53,283 bases of DNA from a virus (taxonomy: Duplodnaviria > Caudoviricetes): IMG/VR virus record IMGVR_UViG_3300021090_000027, positions 1-53,283 of that record; one strand, written 5' to 3'. The position numbers and the translations under genes were made by a program. Shown piece by piece: positions 28,173 through 38,270 of the stretch. The stretch's first letter is position 1, and every line of letters begins with the position of its first letter. The notes under the pieces are model-generated. The model searched no databases. It was not told the DNA's origin and was given only the letters and a program-made list of their open reading frames with translations.

Positions 28173-29042
28173 ATGCCGGACCCCGGTAAATCTGGGAGAC
28201 AGCTAGCCGAGGATTACGGTTACGCCTACAGTTTCCTGAAGTCTGATAAAAGTCTTTGGGCGAAGTTCCTGGAAGCAGTCAAGGGTAATTGGACGGCGCA
28301 GAAGTTTCAGGCTGAGGTAAAAACCACAGCCTGGTATAAGAAGAACGCGGATAGTGTCCGCGCTTACCAGTATTTGAAGACCACGAACCCTGGTGAGTTC
28401 GCAGCACAGAAGATCGCCCTGAAAGCGCAGTTACAGGATAAGGCTGCGGCGTTGGGTGCCACCATATCGAGTGTCACGTTGGCCCGACTCACCGATAACG
28501 CCATGAAGTATGGGTGGAACGAATCACAGATTCAGAACACCCTTGCCGATTATGTTCGAGTCACGAATGGTGTGTACAAGGGGTCTACGGGTAACGACAT
28601 TGAATCAGTACGCCAGACCGCGTACCGGAATGGTGTGAAGATCTCGAAGGCAACCGAGAATGGTTGGGCTCATGCGATAGCCGCTGGGAGTATCACAGCG
28701 GAGTCTCTTCAAAGGCAGGTCCGGCAGATGGCGAAGAGCCTGGCCCCTGGGTACGCTCAGGAGTTGGATGCTGGTATGGACTTGCAGGATATTGTTTCCC
28801 CATACATTGAGTCTAAGGCGAAGATTCTAGAAATGAATCCAGCTGATATTGACCTTTTCGATAATGACATCCGTAAGGCTGTTAGCGGCGTAGGGAAAGA
28901 CGGGAAGCCCGCTTCTAAAACGTTGTGGCAGTTTGAGCAGGAAATGCGTCAGGATCCGAGATGGTTGAAGACTCAGAATTCGCAGGATTCGCTGATGTCT
29001 GTTGGTCACTCCGTGTTGAAAGATATGGGGTTTAAGACATGA
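28173..29042 (+). CDS. internal virion protein
   Basis: Operonic ORF. Confidence 0.7.
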   Translation: MPDPGKSGRQLAEDYGYAYSFLKSDKSLWAKFLEAVKGNWTAQKFQAEVKTTAWYKKNADSVRAYQYLKTTNPGEFAAQKIALKAQLQDKAAALGATISSVTLARLTDNAMKYGWNESQIQNTLADYVRVTNGVYKGSTGNDIESVRQTAYRNGVKISKATENGWAHAIAAGSITAESLQRQVRQMAKSLAPGYAQELDAGMDLQDIVSPYIESKAKILEMNPADIDLFDNDIRKAVSGVGKDGKPASKTLWQFEQEMRQDPRWLKTQNSQDSLMSVGHSVLKDMGFKT

Positions 29043-30046
29043 GCATAGGTATCCCGGAGAATGAGTCTGGTGGGGCTGGTTCCCCCTACGGGACGATCGG
29101 GATTTTCCCGGGCGAGTCTGGGGGGAACCCCACACCACGTTCGGGTACTAGCCCACCTCCTAATGAAACTGCTGCGCAGAAGAAACTACGCGAAAAGTTA
29201 GCGGCTGCTAGGACAGCTGACCCGTATGGTGGTCTTGATGGTGCGAACCGTGATTCCGCTATTGCTCTTACTGCTTTGTTCAAGCAGTATGGCTTAGAGT
29301 CGTTAGCACCGCAGATCATTAAAATGATCCAGAATGGTTTCAGCCCGGATACGATTGCTATCCTGTTGCAGGATACGAAAGAGTATAAGCTGAGGTTCGC
29401 AGCGAATGAGGCCCGCCTCAAAGCGGGTCTACCTGTTCTGTCGCCTGCTGAGTACATCAGTACGGAGCAGGCGTATAGACAAGTTATGAGCGCTGCGGGA
29501 CTTCCAATTGGGTTTTACGATTCGACAAGTGACTTCACTAAGTTCTTGTCTCAGGATGTGAGCCCGACTGAGGTTAAGTCGAGGGTTGATGCGGTTTCTG
29601 AGGCTATCTATAGGGCACCGCAAGCAACGAAGGACATTTTTAAGCAGTGGTATTCAACGGGCGACATGATCGCTTACGCCTTGGACCCGAAGATCGCTAG
29701 CCCACTGATTGAGCAACGTATTCGTGCCGCTGAGGCGGCTGCTGTTGCACGTCAACAGGGATTGGCGTTGTCGCAGATGTCTGCGGAACGGCTCGGTGTA
29801 ACTGGTTCGTCGTTGGATGACATTCAGACTGGGTTCTCATTCATTGCTCAGGAGAAACCAACAACTGACAAACTGTCAGCTTTGTATGGTGGTGCCCTTA
29901 GCCAGGATGACCTTGTTGCGGAAGTGTTCGACAAAGACGCGAACGCCACGCTCAAGAGGCGTGGTCTTGCTTCTCGTGAGCGTGGCGTGTTCGCTGGTTC
30001 GTCTGGTCAGGCCAAGGGATCCCTTGGTAAGGAATCGACCGTTTAG
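29039..30046 (+). CDS. internal virion protein
   Basis: Operonic ORF. Confidence 0.7.
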   Translation: MSIGIPENESGGAGSPYGTIGIFPGESGGNPTPRSGTSPPPNETAAQKKLREKLAAARTADPYGGLDGANRDSAIALTALFKQYGLESLAPQIIKMIQNGFSPDTIAILLQDTKEYKLRFAANEARLKAGLPVLSPAEYISTEQAYRQVMSAAGLPIGFYDSTSDFTKFLSQDVSPTEVKSRVDAVSEAIYRAPQATKDIFKQWYSTGDMIAYALDPKIASPLIEQRIRAAEAAAVARQQGLALSQMSAERLGVTGSSLDDIQTGFSFIAQEKPTTDKLSALYGGALSQDDLVAEVFDKDANATLKRRGLASRERGVFAGSSGQAKGSLGKESTV

Positions 30047-30336
30047 ACGTGGTTCTTGTTCCGGTCGAACCACTCGGAGAATTCCTTGGTGCCGGGCTCT
30101 GGTGGCATTTCCTTAGCATCAAAACCGTGCTTCGCCTTCAGGTGATCACGGACGCACTTAAAGGCGTCGTGCTCGGTGCAGCCCTTACCTGTAGTCACAT
30201 ACGGGCAGTAGCTGCATCGAGCACGGTGCATGTTCCCACCAGAGAAGTAGTGATACTCCTCCATGATGTAGTGGCCCATGCCCATGTGCGAGATAGCGCC
30301 AGGGATATTCCGGCGCTCTAGCTCATCACGTTCCAT
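30043..30336 (-). CDS. antisense zinc-finger-like protein
   Basis: AGGAG RBS abutting the tRNA; CSYC...H....H. Confidence 0.55.
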   Translation of the reverse strand: MERDELERRNIPGAISHMGMGHYIMEEYHYFSGGNMHRARCSYCPYVTTGKGCTEHDAFKCVRDHLKAKHGFDAKEMPPEPGTKEFSEWFDRNKNHV

Positions 30337-30346
30337 CTTCACTCCT

Positions 30347-30419
30347 AGCGGGATAGCGCAGTGGTCAGCGCGACGGGCCCATAACCCGGAGGTCGCAGGT
30401 CCGAATCCTGCTCCCGCTA
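30347..30419 (+). tRNA. trnM: tRNA-Met(CAT), initiator-like
   Basis: AGCGGGA/TCCCGCT acceptor, GCGC D-stem, CGGG-CCCATAA-CCCG anticodon arm, GCAGG-TCCGAAT-CCTGC T arm. Confidence 0.85.
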
Positions 30420-30420
30420 C

Positions 30421-30492
30421 GCCTTTATAGCTCAACTGGTAGAGCAACTATCTTGTAAATAGTAGCACGGGGTTCGAGTCCTCGTAAAGGCT
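30421..30492 (+). tRNA. trnT: tRNA-Thr(TGT)
   Basis: GCCTTTA/TAAAGGC acceptor, ACTAT-CTTGTAA-ATAGT, GGTTCGAGTCC T arm. Confidence 0.9.
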
Positions 30493-30496
30493 CTTC

Positions 30497-30582
30497 CCTG
30501 ACGGATCAACCGGCCCCGTCAGGCGTATTGACCGGTACTGGGAGCAGCCACCGCAACCCCTAGCGGATGGTTCGGCCTGGGA
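30497..30582 (+). ncRNA. putative pseudoknot plus stem in the scaffold 5' UTR
   Basis: CCTGACGG/CCGTCAGG stem; loop ACCGG pairs with CCGGT at 30532-30536. Confidence 0.45.
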
Positions 30583-30604
30583 AAAACTTATGGGAGATAA
30601 AGAA

Positions 30605-31144
30605 ATGCCCGAATGGGACGACGATGATGACGACAATGACTCCAACCTTGTCAAGGATCTGCGGAAGCAGATTAAAGACATGAAAGCAGCTAAAGCTGTG
30701 GTGGATACGGAACTTAGCACGCTGCGTCCGCAGGTGCGGAAGAGTTCTCTGTCTCAGATTCTGTCAGAGATCGGTGCTAACCCGAAGATTGCAGCTCTGC
30801 TGCCTGATTCGGTTGGGACTGATAAGGAAGCTGTGACGAAGTGGTTGGATGAGTACGGTGATCTGTTCAACATTAAACCTGTTGAAAAAGTTGGTGAGAC
30901 CGTTGATGGGGTTGAGAAGCCACCGGAGACCGTTGAGCTTGCGGGACAGAAAACTGAGCTGACGATCACTCCTGACATTCAGGAACAGTGGACGCGCCTA
31001 CAGAACGAAAGCTCTCAGGGTACGGCGTCACCGGACCTGGAAAAGCAGCAGATTGCCCAGTTGGGCAGAGCGGTTGCCGCATCAGCGGGCAGCTTTGATT
31101 CTTTTGTGGAACTCCTGCGAGGAGATAAACCACTCCCTAGTTAA
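30605..31144 (+). CDS. capsid scaffolding protein
   Basis: Acidic N-terminus then coiled coil (LVKDLRKQIK); directly before the capsid gene. Confidence 0.75.
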   Translation: MPEWDDDDDDNDSNLVKDLRKQIKDMKAAKAVVDTELSTLRPQVRKSSLSQILSEIGANPKIAALLPDSVGTDKEAVTKWLDEYGDLFNIKPVEKVGETVDGVEKPPETVELAGQKTELTITPDIQEQWTRLQNESSQGTASPDLEKQQIAQLGRAVAASAGSFDSFVELLRGDKPLPS

Positions 31145-31157
31145 AGGATGTTAAGAC

Positions 31158-32114
31158 GTGGCTAATCAGTACACGTCAATTGCGACTACACCAGGTCTCA
31201 GTGATAACACTGTTAAACTGATGTACGATTTCGCGATTGGTATGGTCTTCCGGGAGACCAGTATTTATCGGCAGTGGACCGATAAACGCCCGGAGCGTGT
31301 GAATGGTCCAGCTCAGACCATTCAGTTGCAGAAGCAGGATTTCTTTGATACTGCTGCTGTGACTGCGGCTAAGACTCCGCTCAATGAAGAGCAGGACGTT
31401 GACTCAACGAAGCTGCCTCCGACCATCACTGTTAACCTGACGGTTAACGAGTATGGTGCGGCTGTCACTAAGACCAAGATTCTCCGCTACTTCAGCTTCG
31501 CTGATGTGGATGCGATTGCGGCTCGTACTGTGGGTACGCACATGGCTGAGGTTTTGGATGAACTGGTTCAGGATGTGATGGCTACTGGTACGCAGGTGTT
31601 GCGTGCCCAGAACCGTGCTAGCACGGTCACTGTCACTGCGACTGACTACATTCGTGCGACTGATGTCCGTAAGGCCGTCACGAAGCTACGAGTGAACAAG
31701 GTCCCGGATTTCAATGGGTTTTACATGGCGGGTATTCACCCGCATGTGATCCATGATCTGCGGGAAGAGACCGGTTCTGGTTCGTGGCGTGTCCCGTCTG
31801 AGTACGGTACGTCGCAGGCGATGATCTGGAACGGCGAGTTTGGTGTCTTCGAGGGTATGCGTTTCGTTCAGAACACGCGTACGCGTACGGCTTTGGACGG
31901 AGCGAGCTCCGGGAAGGTTTACCGGACGTGGATTCTCGGTCGTGAGGCTATCGCCGAAAAGGTTGTAGAAGAGCCGAGTTCCGTGGTTGCCCCAGTAATT
32001 GATAAATTGCAACGTTTCTCCACGATTGGGTGGTATGGGGTCCTAGGTTGGTGCCTCTACCGTGATGAGTCGATCGTCCGGTTCGAGTCCAGCTCGAGTG
32101 TTGCTGCTCTGTAA
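31158..32114 (+). CDS. major capsid protein (N4-gp56-like)
   Basis: L.EYG.AV, IHP.V.HDLR, GEFG.FEG.RFV, D.LQRF...GWYG. Confidence 0.9.
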   Translation: MANQYTSIATTPGLSDNTVKLMYDFAIGMVFRETSIYRQWTDKRPERVNGPAQTIQLQKQDFFDTAAVTAAKTPLNEEQDVDSTKLPPTITVNLTVNEYGAAVTKTKILRYFSFADVDAIAARTVGTHMAEVLDELVQDVMATGTQVLRAQNRASTVTVTATDYIRATDVRKAVTKLRVNKVPDFNGFYMAGIHPHVIHDLREETGSGSWRVPSEYGTSQAMIWNGEFGVFEGMRFVQNTRTRTALDGASSGKVYRTWILGREAIAEKVVEEPSSVVAPVIDKLQRFSTIGWYGVLGWCLYRDESIVRFESSSSVAAL

Positions 32115-32123
32115 GTGAAAGCA

Positions 32124-32161
32124 CGGAAGGCCCCAAGGTGATCAACCCTTGGGGCCTTCCG
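32124..32161 (+). terminator. terminator/attenuator after the capsid gene
   Basis: 15-bp perfect stem CGGAAGGCCCCAAGG/CCTTGGGGCCTTCCG. Confidence 0.7.
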
Positions 32162-32266
32162 CTGCTACCTCAGTTTGGTCTTCCTCGCACATTTGTGCAG
32201 TTAGCTGAACGAGAATCCTCACCATCAATCCCTTACTGCACCGGGCGTAGCCCTGAAGGGTACCAC

Positions 32267-32383
32267 ATGGCCGACTTTACGGCTGACCTCACGGCCATCG
32301 TGACGGCCGAAGCAACACACCCCACAGAACTTTCCAGTGCGCAGCGCGCACACCTTGGCCTGCCACTTGAAAGTGACGAGTAA
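32267..32383 (+). CDS. 38-aa protein
   Basis: GAAGGG RBS; TAATG coupling. Confidence 0.45.
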   Translation: MADFTADLTAIVTAEATHPTELSSAQRAHLGLPLESDE

Positions 32384-32760
32384 TGACCGCTGGTCTATCA
32401 GCCGCAAAAGCGGCATCAATCCTGAACACTTACCGTGCAACGGCTTACAGTGCCGTTGACGGGTTCGTGAAACTCCATACCGGTGACCCTGGTTCAGCCG
32501 GTGCTTCAGCTGCTTCAGCTGTAACTACCCGGAACGCCATCACTTTCAACGCCCCATCCGGTGGGGCGATGACCCTGCTTGCGTTGGCATCGTTTGCGAT
32601 GACAACCACCGAAACCATCACCCATATTTCGATTTGGGATGCCAACGCCGCTGGTAACTTCCTTGAGTCGTGGCCTCTGACCGCGCCTGTCCCGGTGATT
32701 AACGGTTCGACTCTGACTTTCAGTTCTTTCACTCTGAGCTATACGCCGATCGCGGCCTAA
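32383..32760 (+). CDS. virion/tail-fibre-associated protein
   Basis: KLHTGDPG...TITHISIWDA..AGNFL family. Confidence 0.7.
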   Translation: MTAGLSAAKAASILNTYRATAYSAVDGFVKLHTGDPGSAGASAASAVTTRNAITFNAPSGGAMTLLALASFAMTTTETITHISIWDANAAGNFLESWPLTAPVPVINGSTLTFSSFTLSYTPIAA

Positions 32761-32776
32761 AACAAAGGATTCCCTT

Positions 32777-33256
32777 ATGGCAAAGGCCGGATACGCCGTC
32801 CGTACCTCAGCTGCTGTCGCGCTCAGCGCGGCCACTGCGAAGACAATTCTCATGGTCATGTCTCCAGCATCTTTCGGTGTAGACCTGAAGAAATTCAAAC
32901 TGTCCTTCGACGGTATTACCGCTTCAGCGGTTCCCGTCCTGGTGGAACTGGTCACATCTACGAACGCGTCGAACAGTACCCCTGGTACTGGGAACACGAA
33001 TGAGAACACGAATATCAACCAGTTGTACGGTCGCGCTATCGTCGCTGGTTTCACCGCTTTCTCTGCTTCTACATCGGAGCCTACCGTTCTGACCGTGGTT
33101 GATTCTTTCCTGATCACCCCCACGGGTGGGACCGTGTTCTACGATTACCCGCTGGGCGATACCCCGGATACTGCTGTGTCGGCGGGTATTGGTCTGCGTG
33201 TGACTGCCCCGGCTACGGTGAACTGCCGGGCAACCATGACGTTCGAGCGTAACTAA
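32777..33256 (+). CDS. virion structural protein
   Basis: AAGGA RBS; beta-rich. Confidence 0.7.
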   Translation: MAKAGYAVRTSAAVALSAATAKTILMVMSPASFGVDLKKFKLSFDGITASAVPVLVELVTSTNASNSTPGTGNTNENTNINQLYGRAIVAGFTAFSASTSEPTVLTVVDSFLITPTGGTVFYDYPLGDTPDTAVSAGIGLRVTAPATVNCRATMTFERN

Positions 33257-33357
33257 TGGTCATCATTGTTAGGACGCATATCATTAGCGAACCCACTGGT
33301 GGTGGGTTCGGCGTCGCCGCATTTGGTGAAGCGAACTTTGGAGAGTAGGGAAACCTC

Positions 33358-34611
33358 GTGGCCTATCCGCTGCCAGTGTCAGGAGATGGCAACGCCAACG
33401 GTCAGCCGTGGGCCTCTAAACTCCTGTTCGCTATTAACGACTTGGATTCTCGTGCCGGAGTCCTGGAGAGCACCACGGAGACGGGTCTCCCAGGGTATGC
33501 ACTGTTGAGTACGTTCTCTGGTGCTGATTCGACAGCGAAAATGCGTAATGCCCTCGCCACGTTGGCGGTGGAAACAGCCGGTACACGCCGGTCTCTGATC
33601 ATCGAGTCTGGTACCACGCTGGCACCAGGTAGCGACCCGTTCCAACTGTCGAACGGTATTGTGATCGTTGGTGGGATTGTTCCCACCACAGAGTTCGCCT
33701 ACCAGGCGAGGGTGACTATTTCGGGTGCCTGCCCGAACGGTGTGTTTCAGATTAAGAAGAACTCAGGAGTGAACCCTGAGGGTGGGACTAACCCATCCTC
33801 AGGTACACAAACCCGTGGTGTGATCATCTCAAATATTGCGTGGGAAGGACCCGGGTCGAGTGTCACCTGCGATTTCTTTGAACGGAACTTTACCGAGCAA
33901 CTCGCTTATTCCTTGTTCCATGGGTGCTCGTTCGACAACTTTACCGGTGTCCTGCATCAACGGTTGCTTGGGTTCGTGTGGTCCGGTGTGGGTTATTGCA
34001 ACAACTCCACAGATACACCCTTCAGGTTCTCTGGATCCGACTGGAAAGTATTCACCGATGGGTACTTCCTTGATTCTCCGAACCTGACCGATGAGAAGTA
34101 TCTCCTAGAGATTGTCTCAGGGAACAAAGTGTATGTCGGCCCCATGTTTATCACCGGTGACGGGCCAACGCCCGTCCGGGTAACCGCTGGGCAAATGGTT
34201 CGCCTCGCTAGCCTAGAAATGGAATCCGAAGGTGTCCCACGTCGTACTGCTGGTGCTGGTCTACTTGTCACTGGTGGGAACGTTGTCGTTGATAACGCCT
34301 GGTTCTTTAGGTCGATGGCTAACCCAACATCAGCTGCTCTTCTGGCTGCTAGCCGGACTGATAACGGGGTGGTTCATGTAACCGGTGGGCATGTCAGATT
34401 ACACAATGCGACATTCGGTGAATACAATAACTCAGAAACCCACACCGAGAATCATATCTCCTGTACTGGTGGGCGGGTCATCTCCGACAACTCGTTGGTA
34501 TGGAACCTCGAGGCGAACAGTGGGACTGGTGGTATCAGTGCACGCGCACTGGCTATCGCCCATTCCGGGTCTGGATCGGTTTACACCGTTGACACGACTG
34601 TAGTTCCCTAA
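33358..34611 (+). CDS. probable beta-helix tailspike/minor tail protein
   Basis: Gly/Val/Asn-rich strands typical of a pectin-lyase-like helix. Confidence 0.55.
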   Translation: MAYPLPVSGDGNANGQPWASKLLFAINDLDSRAGVLESTTETGLPGYALLSTFSGADSTAKMRNALATLAVETAGTRRSLIIESGTTLAPGSDPFQLSNGIVIVGGIVPTTEFAYQARVTISGACPNGVFQIKKNSGVNPEGGTNPSSGTQTRGVIISNIAWEGPGSSVTCDFFERNFTEQLAYSLFHGCSFDNFTGVLHQRLLGFVWSGVGYCNNSTDTPFRFSGSDWKVFTDGYFLDSPNLTDEKYLLEIVSGNKVYVGPMFITGDGPTPVRVTAGQMVRLASLEMESEGVPRRTAGAGLLVTGGNVVVDNAWFFRSMANPTSAALLAASRTDNGVVHVTGGHVRLHNATFGEYNNSETHTENHISCTGGRVISDNSLVWNLEANSGTGGISARALAIAHSGSGSVYTVDTTVVP

Positions 34612-35327
34612 TGGCTGCTGTCGCGCTGACAGGCGCGGGGAACGTTACCTCAGCCACGGTCACCTCAGGTACGTCCCTGGTTGTTAACAAACCAGGGAAC
34701 GTCGCTGATGGGGACTATTTTGTTGCGTTGATCCATTATTCTATTTCTGCTGGCACAATGTCCACCCCTTCAGGGTGGACTCAACAGCAGGGTGAAAACA
34801 CTTCTCGTTCGTTTTATGTGTTCACGAAACCAATCCCGGTTGCTTCGTCTGAATCAGCAACCGATTACACATGGAACATGACTGGTGGCGCTGGTCGGTT
34901 GTGTGGGCTCATCACCCGTGTCACGGGTGCTCATGCGAGCACACCCTTGGACGCTAACGGGACTGCCACCACAACGGGCGTAGGTTCCACTGTGGCGCCC
35001 TCGATTACCGCTGTCGGCACAGACTGTCTACTCCTCGGTTTCTACTTCACCTGTGACTCTTCAGTGACTTCGGTGATCACCCAACCAGGGGCTATGAGTT
35101 CGGTCGCTACGGTCACGGTCGCTCCGGCTGCCACATCAACGATTCTTATCGCTCAGGAACAACTTAGTTCGTCCGGGGCCACTGGTACGCGTACGGCGTC
35201 CAATGCTCCCGGCGCTTCATCTGGTGTCGGTGGGATGCTCATGACGATTCTTCCCGCACTTGTTGTTAAGCCTCCGGTCGCTAGTGTTTTCCCTAGCTTG
35301 GCGGCATCCCAAGCCGCTATCTGGTAG
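34611..35327 (+). CDS. minor virion protein
   Basis: KP.NVADGD..VA..., TPSGWT motif. Confidence 0.7.
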   Translation: MAAVALTGAGNVTSATVTSGTSLVVNKPGNVADGDYFVALIHYSISAGTMSTPSGWTQQQGENTSRSFYVFTKPIPVASSESATDYTWNMTGGAGRLCGLITRVTGAHASTPLDANGTATTTGVGSTVAPSITAVGTDCLLLGFYFTCDSSVTSVITQPGAMSSVATVTVAPAATSTILIAQEQLSSSGATGTRTASNAPGASSGVGGMLMTILPALVVKPPVASVFPSLAASQAAIW

Positions 35328-35333
35328 GTCTAT

Positions 35334-35744
35334 ATGAGTCAGATCGGGCGACGTAAACCGAACGTATCTGTACTCCTGCGTACCGTGGTACCTAAAACTT
35401 ACCTGATCCCTCAGGTAGGTGATGCCACAGCGTCAGGGACCATTACCGCTACCCGTAGTGATTCTGGTGCTGTCGCAGGTGCCGCAACAGCGGCATCAAC
35501 CGTTGGTGTGCAAAGCGTGTTCTTCGCTGACGTTGCAGGCACAGTCACTGCTGGCGCGGAAGCGTCAGCTGGGCAAGGGCAACTAGCGAATGTTGCTGGC
35601 GTTGTTACCATTATCGCTACGAGCGCGTTCACACGCGAGGACCTCGTAGCGGTCAATGGGGCTGTGACAGCCCATGGTGTGATATTAGCGAAGTTTTACC
35701 AACCAGATCAGCGCATTAGGCGCTTCCCCCAAGGGAGGTACTAA
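35334..35744 (+). CDS. Ala/Thr-rich virion protein
   Basis: Operonic ORF. Confidence 0.6.
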   Translation: MSQIGRRKPNVSVLLRTVVPKTYLIPQVGDATASGTITATRSDSGAVAGAATAASTVGVQSVFFADVAGTVTAGAEASAGQGQLANVAGVVTIIATSAFTREDLVAVNGAVTAHGVILAKFYQPDQRIRRFPQGRY

Positions 35745-36445
35745 TGAGTCGCCTCGGTCGGCGGGTAGCTAACCAACCACAGTTCTTTGCCACACCTCTA
35801 CTCATTGTGGACCCACAGGTTGTGGGTATCACGACAGCTGCCGCTTCGGTGACAGCATCAGTTACCGCGTCGAGTGTTTATTCTCGGACGGTCATTTACA
35901 CGTACCGGAGCAGAGACGAAACATACCGGCTCCGCCGGGGCCCGGTCGTTACTGTTGTTTACGGTGTTGAACCCGGCGACGTTGACCCAGCTAACCTGTC
36001 GATTCAATCACAGGTTGTTGCGCTTGTTGAGATTACCGCTGACGCGGGTATCCATCTTGTTGGTGAAACCACAGCTTCAGCATTAGTCACCGCGCTGATG
36101 GTCCCTGAACCGGTGTTCTATTTCACTACGCCGACAGTACGGGAACGACGCTACCTGCGTCGTCACCGTTTGTGGGATCGAATGTATTTGGATCGTGGGT
36201 TGTCAATTCTAAGGTTCGGTACGTCGTATCAGCAGATTGATAATCCTTCTACGGATGAGATGGAGACCGCTGACGCGCTCTTTATCGGGGGAAGAACATA
36301 CCTCATTGATGAGGAAGAAGCAGGGCGTTTGATCTCTGCTGGTTATGGTCATTGGGTTAACGATAACCCTGATGATCCTATTGATGAGATTGACTTTTCC
36401 CAATACGGGGCCGGTGCGTATGGCTCCGGACCCTACGGAGCCTAG
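35744..36445 (+). CDS. virion protein
   Basis: F.GGRTY.ID.EEA..L.SAGY C-terminal motif. Confidence 0.7.
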   Translation: MSRLGRRVANQPQFFATPLLIVDPQVVGITTAAASVTASVTASSVYSRTVIYTYRSRDETYRLRRGPVVTVVYGVEPGDVDPANLSIQSQVVALVEITADAGIHLVGETTASALVTALMVPEPVFYFTTPTVRERRYLRRHRLWDRMYLDRGLSILRFGTSYQQIDNPSTDEMETADALFIGGRTYLIDEEEAGRLISAGYGHWVNDNPDDPIDEIDFSQYGAGAYGSGPYGA

Positions 36446-36446
36446 A

Positions 36447-38270
36447 ATGCCTATCGACCTTCCTGATCCAAGCGAATTGATTGATGTGTGGGGTGAACAA
36501 CTCAACACTGCGATCGAATCTGTGGAGTCAACTGCGGAAGCAGCTGCTGCGGCTGCTGCTTCTAACGTTAACGCTAGCGATGATGTTGACGGGAACCTTG
36601 TCCTCGACTATGGGGCCAACACAGCAACCGTTCTGAAAACGACAGCGGTCGGTGCAGCGAATGGTGTGGCGTCTCTTGATAACGCCGGGCAGGTCCCGTT
36701 AAGCCAGTTGGGTAACCCCACGTTCGGTGATGTGGGTGCTGCTGCCGCATCACATACTCATAGTGGGTCGGATCTTCCCCAGGTTGCTTTAGAGTTGAAC
36801 TCGGCTCCGGCTATCGCACAGTTCAATACGACCACCCAGCAGTGGCCTTTCCGTACGGATATTACGTCGTCCCCATCGAAAACAGTTATTTGGATGGGTG
36901 ATGCTGCGATCCCCACCTACGCTGTGCCTGGGGTGGATTTCTTTTTTGGTCCTCGTAAGTCCGGTACGACTACGGAAACACCGGACCCACCGGATGAACC
37001 AACAGTGCTACCGGACGCCAATGGTGTAACCTTGTCGCTACCGGTTGTTACCGTTTCGGGTTCGGCGTACAACATTGCAGCTAATGTGACAACGAATAGT
37101 AATCTGACGTTCACGTATTTGCAGTTCGCGGTTCGCGGTCCGAACGGTGAAGCACAGGACACCGCGTATAACAATAACCGGGTTGTTAATACAACAACGA
37201 TTCCTATTGCTGGTTCGGGGAACGCAACTACCACTGGTAACTGGACTGTGCGTTTGGCGTACAATATTACTGGTGGTAGTGCTCAAGCGAATTGGGTTGA
37301 TGGTCCGAGCGCAACATTTAATATCGCTGACCTTGGTGGTGTCCCCGCTGGGGAGATCCCTGTCCTTGGCCGTAGCGGCCTGACATGGAACAGTGGGGTC
37401 TTCTTCAATGCCGGTTCAGTGACTTCCGCTGAACAGTTCTTCAGTTGGCGTAACCGTCCCGGTGACGCCATCATGTATTTCGTTGGCCGTGGCACCTTCG
37501 ATGAGATGCGGTGGTTGCGTGATGACCTCACCGCATGGCCCGGGTACCGGGTTCTGTCTCTGCCGACACAGCCTGCATCACAGTCGAACGCTGCGACAGC
37601 GGCAGGAACTAATAATGGTTTCTGGACACAGTATGGTCTCGACCTGAAGAACAAGGGTTGGGATGATGGTAGGACTATTCTCAGGTTGAACTGGGAAGCT
37701 AACGGCAACTGGTATAACTGGGCGTGGGTTAATGGTGGTCCAGCACAGTTCGTGAATGCGTATAAGAACGCAGTGAATTCGGTGCGTATTCATGCACCGA
37801 ATACTAAGTTTGTGTTCAACATGAACCGTGGGAATCATTATGATGACACGGTGTGGCAGACACAAATAGCTGACCCACTGCTGAACCATATCGATATTAT
37901 TGGTATCGACTCGTACGACCATGCCCCAGCTCAGAACACTGAATCGTCGTGGACTTCGACGCTAACCCAGAACCCTGGACTGACTTCGGTCGCGACGTAC
38001 TGTCGCGCTAATGGTCTGAAAATGTCTTTGGATGAGTGGGGTGCCAGTGGTGGTGTCCCTGGTTCATACACTGGTGGTGGTGATAACCCGTTCTACATTA
38101 ATAAAATGTGGGAATGGTTCAACGCTAACGATGATGTGGTTGCCCTCGAATATTACTACAATGATAATGGTGCACCGGATACGTTGCGTCACAAAATTTT
38201 CTCTCCGACTACGGATCGACCGAACGCGTCGGCTGCTTACAATTCTACGTCTCGTTGGAGGAAGCCCTAA
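36447..38270 (+). CDS. tail appendage with C-terminal GH26-type glycoside hydrolase
   Basis: ILRLNWEANGNWY.W, DIIGIDSYD, LDEWG; N-terminal GAANGVASLD fibre motif. Confidence 0.8.
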   Translation: MPIDLPDPSELIDVWGEQLNTAIESVESTAEAAAAAAASNVNASDDVDGNLVLDYGANTATVLKTTAVGAANGVASLDNAGQVPLSQLGNPTFGDVGAAAASHTHSGSDLPQVALELNSAPAIAQFNTTTQQWPFRTDITSSPSKTVIWMGDAAIPTYAVPGVDFFFGPRKSGTTTETPDPPDEPTVLPDANGVTLSLPVVTVSGSAYNIAANVTTNSNLTFTYLQFAVRGPNGEAQDTAYNNNRVVNTTTIPIAGSGNATTTGNWTVRLAYNITGGSAQANWVDGPSATFNIADLGGVPAGEIPVLGRSGLTWNSGVFFNAGSVTSAEQFFSWRNRPGDAIMYFVGRGTFDEMRWLRDDLTAWPGYRVLSLPTQPASQSNAATAAGTNNGFWTQYGLDLKNKGWDDGRTILRLNWEANGNWYNWAWVNGGPAQFVNAYKNAVNSVRIHAPNTKFVFNMNRGNHYDDTVWQTQIADPLLNHIDIIGIDSYDHAPAQNTESSWTSTLTQNPGLTSVATYCRANGLKMSLDEWGASGGVPGSYTGGGDNPFYINKMWEWFNANDDVVALEYYYNDNGAPDTLRHKIFSPTTDRPNASAAYNSTSRWRKP

